A stretch of 64,000 nt of DNA from Bacteroidales bacterium (GTDB lineage: Bacteria > Bacteroidota > Bacteroidia > Bacteroidales > VadinHA17): NCBI GenBank assembly GCA_041740815.1, contig JBGSLG010000192.1, positions 382 to 64,381 of the forward strand, read 5' to 3'. The notes beneath the pieces were generated by a model. The model had not been told where the DNA came from. It did no database searches and saw nothing but the letters and a program-made list of their open reading frames with translations. Positions 63,362-64,000 of the stretch are shown piece by piece. The position numbers were made by a program, and so were the translations under genes. Position 1 is the stretch's first letter. Each line of letters starts with the position of its first letter.

Positions 63362-64000
63362 TAAGGCTCTCCGGGGTACAATTTGCCTATAACGGTTTCC
63401 CGGTGATAAAGGGCATCACCCACAGCTTTGCAAAGGGCTCTTTCACGGCACTGCTAGGTCCCAACGGATCGGGCAAGAGCACCCTCCTCAGACTCATCAA
63501 CGGTATCCTCACGCCGCAGTCGGGCGAGGCGGCTGTGATGGACCGGCACACCGGCAGTTACAGCGCGAGGGAGATGGCGAGGCACATGGCATACGTGCCC
63601 CAGACACAGTATAATACCTTTCCATCCACTGTGTTCGACACCGTCCTTCTGGGCCGCAATCCCTACATCAGATGGTCGCCTGCTAAGGATGACCGCAGGA
63701 TTACGGCAGAGATACTTGTTAAACTCGGACTCGATGACATCGCACTAAAGGATATCAATAAGCTCAGCGGCGGACAGCGTCAGCAGGTATTCATTGCAAG
63801 GGCGCTGGCACAACAGCCGTCAGTGATGCTCCTCGATGAGCCGACAGCTAACCTTGATCTCAGGCACCAGCATGAGATACTGCGACTCCTGAAGGAGCTC
63901 TCCGAAAGCGGCATCACGGTGCTGGTGGCCATCCATGACCTCAACCTCGCCCTCAAATACTGCAATGAGTTCATGATACTTGACAACGGTCAGGTGAGGG
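63352..64000 (+). CDS. ABC transporter ATP-binding protein (runs off the window end)
   Basis: Absent from the ORF track because it has no stop. My translation, MEMIRLSGVQFAYNG..., contains Walker A GPNGSGKST, the signature LSGGQRQ and Walker B MLLDEP. It overlaps the permease stop. Confidence 0.9.
   Translation, partial: MEMIRLSGVQFAYNGFPVIKGITHSFAKGSFTALLGPNGSGKSTLLRLINGILTPQSGEAAVMDRHTGSYSAREMARHMAYVPQTQYNTFPSTVFDTVLLGRNPYIRWSPAKDDRRITAEILVKLGLDDIALKDINKLSGGQRQQVFIARALAQQPSVMLLDEPTANLDLRHQHEILRLLKELSESGITVLVAIHDLNLALKYCNEFMILDNGQVR

Noticed and set aside
1-64000. Search for mobile elements, CRISPR arrays, toxin-antitoxin or phage-defence gene signatures, tRNA/rRNA genes and invertible promoters
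   Set aside because: Every ORF over 150 aa that is not antisense to a called gene could be placed in a metabolic, transport or regulatory class or is an exported hypothetical protein. I found no recombinase, nuclease/helicase/ATPase defence-type architectures, spaced direct repeats or cloverleaf-sized conserved gaps.

Overview
The window looks like a chromosomal segment of a Bacteroidota genome. The evidence is SusC/SusD pairs, BACON and fasciclin lipoproteins, an ECF sigma/anti-sigma/STN-SusC module, and TAnnTTTG-type promoter boxes. I count 41 complete CDS plus two CDS truncated at the window edges. I saw no rRNA, tRNA, CRISPR array, transposase, integrase or recognisable defence genes.

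Layout:
- 0-2.2 kb: DoxX fragment and a FadL-like outer-membrane protein.
- Locus 1, 2.3-20.1 kb: a LacI-regulated Sus-like locus for a GlcNAc-containing glycan. It holds SusC/SusD/fasciclin, NagB, a Tat-exported heparinase II/III-like enzyme, two GH20 enzymes, a DUF303 esterase, an SSS transporter, NagA and a GH16-like protein. An exact 20-nt direct repeat brackets it.
- Locus 2, 20.1-36.7 kb: a long minus-strand operon running glpD, sulfatase, glpT, HAD phosphatase, GDPD, metallophosphoesterase, SusC, SusD, BACON protein and a lipoprotein, with a divergent DeoR/GlpR-like regulator. It has no glycoside hydrolase. I read it as a candidate utilization system for glycerol-phosphate polymers of the teichoic-acid type.
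- 37.6-42.5 kb: a GHL10-NamZ (exo-beta-N-acetylmuramidase) fusion lipoprotein, translationally coupled to a large MurNAc-L-Ala amidase lipoprotein.
- Locus 3, 42.6-57.1 kb: an ECF-sigma/anti-sigma controlled Sus-like locus. Its only recognisable enzymes are a carboxylesterase and two tandem Tat-exported ChbG/YdjC-family deacetylases, followed by two proteins of unknown function.
- 57.2-64 kb: an exported nitroreductase-like protein, pterin-4a-carbinolamine dehydratase, a PiT phosphate transporter with a long C-terminal domain, and a Fe/B12-type ABC importer.

My main candidate for a new system is locus 2 together with the adjacent peptidoglycan module. All family calls rest on motifs read by eye; no database search was possible.
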